The notes beneath the pieces were generated by a model. That model had not been told where the DNA came from. It saw only the letters and a program-made list of their open reading frames with translations, and did no database searches. Source: Euglena gracilis (lineage: Eukaryota). From it: 64,000 bases of DNA. The translations under genes were made by a program, and so were the position numbers. The stretch lies in assembly GCA_039621445.1 (NCBI GenBank), contig CP154954.1, positions 30,694,395 to 30,758,394 of the forward strand, written 5' to 3'. This document shows positions 59,738 through 64,000 of this stretch, piece by piece. Numbering within the stretch: the first letter of the stretch is position 1; each line of letters starts with the position of its first letter.

Positions 59738-62700
59738 ATGTACATAGCTCCCTCCTCCCCTGAACACTCAAATCCAGTAGGCAGTGCCACTGGTCGGTGG
59801 ATTCGGTTCGCCCCACCACCGCATAGCTTCCTTATAACCACAATCGAACTTTCAAAAAACTCCCCAGCCGCATCCCTCCATGATCCTGGTGCAGCATTTA
59901 TGGTTGCCAACCACTCTTCCAGTGTCATCCACCTCGCTCCAATCCCACCACCACCACCACCTGCTTACTCATCAGCTTCAGCTCAAACCACAGCACCACC
60001 AATTCACCGCAACCGAAAGCGACGAGCCGAACCGGAGTGTGGGTCATCAGACTCCGATCAAGATGAGAATGGCGTTTTCTACTGCCCATTTCCGCATTGT
60101 TGCAAGTCTTTGCGACATGGCTTCCAAGGATGGAACGCCAAGCGTCTTTCAATCAATCACGTATCCATGGTACACGTCGCTGCAGGTGAAATCCCAACCT
60201 CCGTGTGGCTACTACATGCACAGCGCTGGGTGTGTGGGCATTGTCTGCGACTCCTCCCCGAAGGCAAGCGGTGCACAGGGGAGAATTGCTTTCCCGTGCG
60301 AGCGGATGCAACGCCATCCCGCTTGCCATCGCCAGCCCACCCGCCACCGAGCCGAGCTGCGTCCTCGTCAACGTCGCACAGCAATCGCATCACCCCCTTG
60401 GAGTCTCCGAATCCTGGCATGTCGGCCGCAATACATGAAATTATGTCCAAGGTGAGACCATTGTTCTGCCATATCCCGCGTGCGGCAATCCCTCTTTGGG
60501 GTATGGCATGGGCCGGAGTGCAGCACCGACTTTGCTCTGAAAGATCGTGGGAAGCATTGCCAGACTGGGCCATCTTCCAAAAGGTGACGCTGTGGTCCCC
60601 AAGAGGTGGCAAAGGCCACAAAGGGCAAGCGGCACAACTCATCCGCTCCCGGGTTGACCGTTTCCAGGCAGGAGACAAGGCTACCTTGTGGGAAGACTTC
60701 TGCCAGGGCCTGCCGCGACCAGACCGCAAGAAGCAGAAGGGCATATCCACCATGACCTTGAACGACAAGGTGGAAAGATTGCAAGAAGTCCCATTCTCAA
60801 ACACGTTGCGCGGCCTTATGGACGATGGTGCATTTGGCAAGGCTGTCCGACACCTGATGTCTGATGGGTTGCATGATGCATTTGACTTGAATGCGCAAGC
60901 AAAGCTGAGAGAAGTGCACCCCAGAGGACCAGAAGTTGCGTGCACAGAGCCAGTCTCCAAGCCCTTTCCGTTCCCCAAGGAGGCTTCCAGCCAAGAACAA
61001 CATGACCTGAACCATTTCCTTCGGGAAACATTGTTGTCCTTTCCGAAGGCTGCAGCAGCCGGGCCTGACGGTCTGCGGCCACAACATCTACAAGACGTGG
61101 TGCGACTGGATGCGGGGGCTGCATCCCAGGTGCTTTCTGCTTTGAGCACATTCACAAAGGCGGCGCTGGAGGGGTCATTACCAATGCCATCAATGCAGTT
61201 CATCTCCTCGGCATGCCTGATTCCATTGCGGAAGGACGGGCCAGCAGGTGACGTGAATGTGCGACCCATTGCAGTGGGAAACACAATCCGTCGGTTTGTT
61301 GGCAAGTTTGCGATGAATTCGACCTGTGTGAAGCAACGTGCAGCAGAATTACACCCCAAGCAGTGCGGCGTTGCAACGAAAGGGGCATGCGAGACGATTG
61401 CACAGGGATTGCAGGCACTGGTGGAAGCAGGCGGCAATGATTGGACAGTCTTGCAAGTGGATCTGCAGAACGCATTCAATGACATTGATCGGCAAGCGCT
61501 CATGAATGCAGTACGCAAGCGGGCCCCAGAGCTGGAAGCGTGGGCCCGATTGTCGTATGCTTCTCACTCTGCATTGTACCTCCAAGGCCACAAAATGTCC
61601 AGTGAACAAGGGGTGCAACAAGGAGATCCTTTGGGTCCCCTCTTCTTCGCCCTGACTTGGCAAGATGTGGTGATGGCGCTCCCGAGTGACTTGATAATGA
61701 ATGTGTGGTACCTGGATGACGGGCATCTTGTTGGGACACCGGAGGCGCTGGCTTCAGCCTTGGCAATCATCCAGGCGAGCAGCATCAATGTGGGTGTCCG
61801 GCTCAACCTTCAGAAGTGTCGCCTCTGGGGCCCAGCCCAAATGGACCAAACATTGGTGGCCCATCAAGTCCTCGGCTCCATTCCCCGTGTCCCATGGGAG
61901 CCCGGGCAAGGCTTGCGAGTCCTCGGCTTTCCGGTGGAGCACCCAACCACGACGACGTTTCGCCAGAAGGAGATGCAAGCAGTAGTGGACAAACTTGAAG
62001 AATCGTGCCACGTCTTGAGCAACCTGGGCGACCCACAGTGCCATCACATTTTGCACGCAGGCATTTTGTGTGCACTAAAACAGTTCCAACTGCTCCAATT
62101 CCCACCCCAAGCATGCACAACGCCATCGGATTTCATCGAGGTCACAAAGGAGCTGCAATGCACCTTGGGCGTACAGTTCTCTCCACTACCAGAGTGGGTA
62201 GAGAGGAAGCAACCGGTGAACGTCGAGGATGACCACAGAAGTCAGCGTTGGTGGTCAGATAAGGTCCATCTAGCACGAAAAGATGCCCTGAAGAAGGTCC
62301 TCCCACTCCGGGACAAGTGCCGGCTGCGCCTGCAATCCATGCCGCACACCACAGCCTGGGTGCAGACGGTCCCAAACAAAGGAATGGGGACGCGCATACA
62401 AGCAACAAAGTACCGCCTGCTGCTACGGTGGTGGCTTGGAGCCAAGATCTCTCCATGGGCATCCGGAGCCCCATGCCCCATGTGTGGTGATTCCCTGGAT
62501 CCCTTCGGGGACCATTTGCTATGCTGCAAAAAAAACAAACTCGTCTTGCGCCACAATGCAGTACGAGATGCGCTGGCAATGGTCCTCCGGGAGAATGGTG
62601 TCCACACAAGGACAGAGGTGGCCGTCGGTGGAAAGAAGCGCCCAGCCGATGTGGCATTTGATGGAGTTGATCCTGCGGGGCCCTTGGCGGTGGACCTTGT

Positions 62701-63205
62701 CGTCTTTCACCCGCTCCGAAAAGGGTTGTCCTGGGAAGAAGACCTAGCAGTGAAGAACATGGCCATGGCAGAACACAAGAAGATCACCAAAAACCAGCCA
62801 ATATGCGAGTCGGCCGGATGGCTGTTCAGTCCACTGTCATTCCACCCATGGTCAGGTCTGGGCCCCCTGGGCTCAGGGCTACTTGGCCGGCTGGTGAAGC
62901 AAGCACTAGGCGACAAACAAGGCTGGGCAAGGCAACACTTGGCCCAAGACATTTGGCACCGTATATCCTCGGCATTGATGGCGTTTGTGGCTGAGCAACT
63001 CTCTGCTGTGTTGGCAGCACGAGGGCACGAGGAGCTCCCGCTAACATCAGCGCCGCGGGATGCACCACCGCCTAGGACAGCACCAGGCCCACAACGAGGA
63101 ACCTCCGTGGCGGCGGTGGATATGCAAGGATGGCAAAGAGCATCCATGACCGAAGATGGAATGAATGTGGGCCCCATCCGCATCCAATGCACACGGCCGA
63201 GGTGA
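59738..63205 (+). CDS. CRE/SLACS-clade non-LTR retrotransposon ORF: zinc finger, RT, CCHC, restriction-like endonuclease
   Basis: CPFPHC..H..H; GPDGLRPQHL, VRPIAVG, VDLQNAFN, GVQQGDPLG, WYLDDG; CPMC...DHLLCC...RHN...RPADV...VD...EHKK. Confidence 0.93.
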   Translation: MYIAPSSPEHSNPVGSATGRWIRFAPPPHSFLITTIELSKNSPAASLHDPGAAFMVANHSSSVIHLAPIPPPPPPAYSSASAQTTAPPIHRNRKRRAEPECGSSDSDQDENGVFYCPFPHCCKSLRHGFQGWNAKRLSINHVSMVHVAAGEIPTSVWLLHAQRWVCGHCLRLLPEGKRCTGENCFPVRADATPSRLPSPAHPPPSRAASSSTSHSNRITPLESPNPGMSAAIHEIMSKVRPLFCHIPRAAIPLWGMAWAGVQHRLCSERSWEALPDWAIFQKVTLWSPRGGKGHKGQAAQLIRSRVDRFQAGDKATLWEDFCQGLPRPDRKKQKGISTMTLNDKVERLQEVPFSNTLRGLMDDGAFGKAVRHLMSDGLHDAFDLNAQAKLREVHPRGPEVACTEPVSKPFPFPKEASSQEQHDLNHFLRETLLSFPKAAAAGPDGLRPQHLQDVVRLDAGAASQVLSALSTFTKAALEGSLPMPSMQFISSACLIPLRKDGPAGDVNVRPIAVGNTIRRFVGKFAMNSTCVKQRAAELHPKQCGVATKGACETIAQGLQALVEAGGNDWTVLQVDLQNAFNDIDRQALMNAVRKRAPELEAWARLSYASHSALYLQGHKMSSEQGVQQGDPLGPLFFALTWQDVVMALPSDLIMNVWYLDDGHLVGTPEALASALAIIQASSINVGVRLNLQKCRLWGPAQMDQTLVAHQVLGSIPRVPWEPGQGLRVLGFPVEHPTTTTFRQKEMQAVVDKLEESCHVLSNLGDPQCHHILHAGILCALKQFQLLQFPPQACTTPSDFIEVTKELQCTLGVQFSPLPEWVERKQPVNVEDDHRSQRWWSDKVHLARKDALKKVLPLRDKCRLRLQSMPHTTAWVQTVPNKGMGTRIQATKYRLLLRWWLGAKISPWASGAPCPMCGDSLDPFGDHLLCCKKNKLVLRHNAVRDALAMVLRENGVHTRTEVAVGGKKRPADVAFDGVDPAGPLAVDLVVFHPLRKGLSWEEDLAVKNMAMAEHKKITKNQPICESAGWLFSPLSFHPWSGLGPLGSGLLGRLVKQALGDKQGWARQHLAQDIWHRISSALMAFVAEQLSAVLAARGHEELPLTSAPRDAPPPRTAPGPQRGTSVAAVDMQGWQRASMTEDGMNVGPIRIQCTRPR

Positions 63206-63436
63206 GAAACCTCGCAGATGGTAGCACCATCCCCCCCCACAAAAAAAAAGAAAGAAAGGGCCCACGCCCCTCAGGGTCAGGCCAACGGAAATCGAAGTGA
63301 AACCGCCCAAGTGACAGGCGGGTGCAACGGCACGCGGTGACCCGTCCCGACGGCAAAAGAACAGCACGCCGACACGGGCGACGCGCCCGCACGGGCGACG
63401 CGCGAGCACGGGAGCCGCGCGAGACGCGAGACGCGC

Positions 63437-63557
63437 GCCGTGCTGTGCCGTGCCGTGCCGTGCCGTGCCGTGCCGTGCCGTGCCGTGCCGTGCCGTGCCG
63501 TGCCGTGCTGTGCCGTGCCGTGCCGTGCCGTGCCGTGCCGTGCCGTGCCGTGCTGTG
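63437..63557. repeat. (GTGCC)n pentanucleotide microsatellite
   Basis: Directly visible, about 24 units. Confidence 0.95.
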
Positions 63558-63565
63558 TCCCGGCA

Positions 63566-64000
63566 AATTGGGCAAGCCTGCAATTGGATTTCTCCAATGC
63601 CTTCAATTGCATGGTCAGGTCACACCTTTTGTTGGAGGCAACTACCAGGACACCCTGCCTCTTCAATTATCTCAACTTCGCATACAAGAACCCCGCCCCC
63701 CTTTTCTGCGCTGACAAAGTCCTCTGGTCCCGCTGCGGCACACACCAGGGATGCCCACTGGGCCCCGTCGGCTTCTGCATCGGCCTGCAACCCCTGGCCG
63801 AAACCATCACAAACAACGCAGAATTACTGTGGAGTTCCTGGTACCTGGATGATGGTATCATGGTGGGACAGCCTGACAAACTGCAGAAAGTCATCTCCTT
63901 CCTCCAGGGTGAGGCCACACGCTGCGGGTTACAATTGAACCTCCGGAAGTGTGTGGTCTGGGGGCCAGCCGGCAATTCAATCACTTCTGCACCAGAAATG
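63566..64000 (+). CDS. Third CRE-like RT, 5'-truncated, runs off the window
   Basis: Manual translation: LQLDFSNAFN...GTHQGCPLGPVGF...WYLDDG...GLQLNLRKC, open to the edge. Confidence 0.88.

Noticed and set aside
63047-63938. HGTAR / CRAVP repeat proteins
   Set aside because: Translations of the (GTGCC)n microsatellite.

Overview
Repeat-dominated eukaryotic nuclear DNA, most likely from a euglenid, inferred from euglenid-type nonconventional introns. (1) 1-5.7 kb, minus strand: a decayed Ty3/Gypsy-type LTR retrotransposon whose polyprotein carries a complete C5 cytosine DNA methyltransferase domain between gag and the protease. (2) 5.7-19.7 kb: a cluster of DIRS tyrosine-recombinase retroelements. 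One is near-intact (ITRs, ICR, RT/RNaseH/Dam-like MT, YR); another is split by a pogo-like DD35D transposon that itself contains a hAT-type MITE. (3) About 22.9-27.5 kb, minus strand: one host gene, a TylF/MycF-family O-methyltransferase, split by non-GT-AG introns whose ends base-pair in a fixed +4/-6 register. (4) 30-54 kb: nested MITEs, several with CA(G)...(C)TG ends and 8-bp TSDs, plus low-complexity DNA. (5) 54.7-64 kb: three co-oriented CRE/SLACS-like non-LTR retrotransposons. The top hypotheses are the DNMT-carrying Gypsy element and the match between the intron geometry (3+5 unpaired nt) and seamless removal of the local 8-bp-TSD hAT MITEs. All analysis was by eye; boundaries are approximate unless a TSD or splice junction is quoted.
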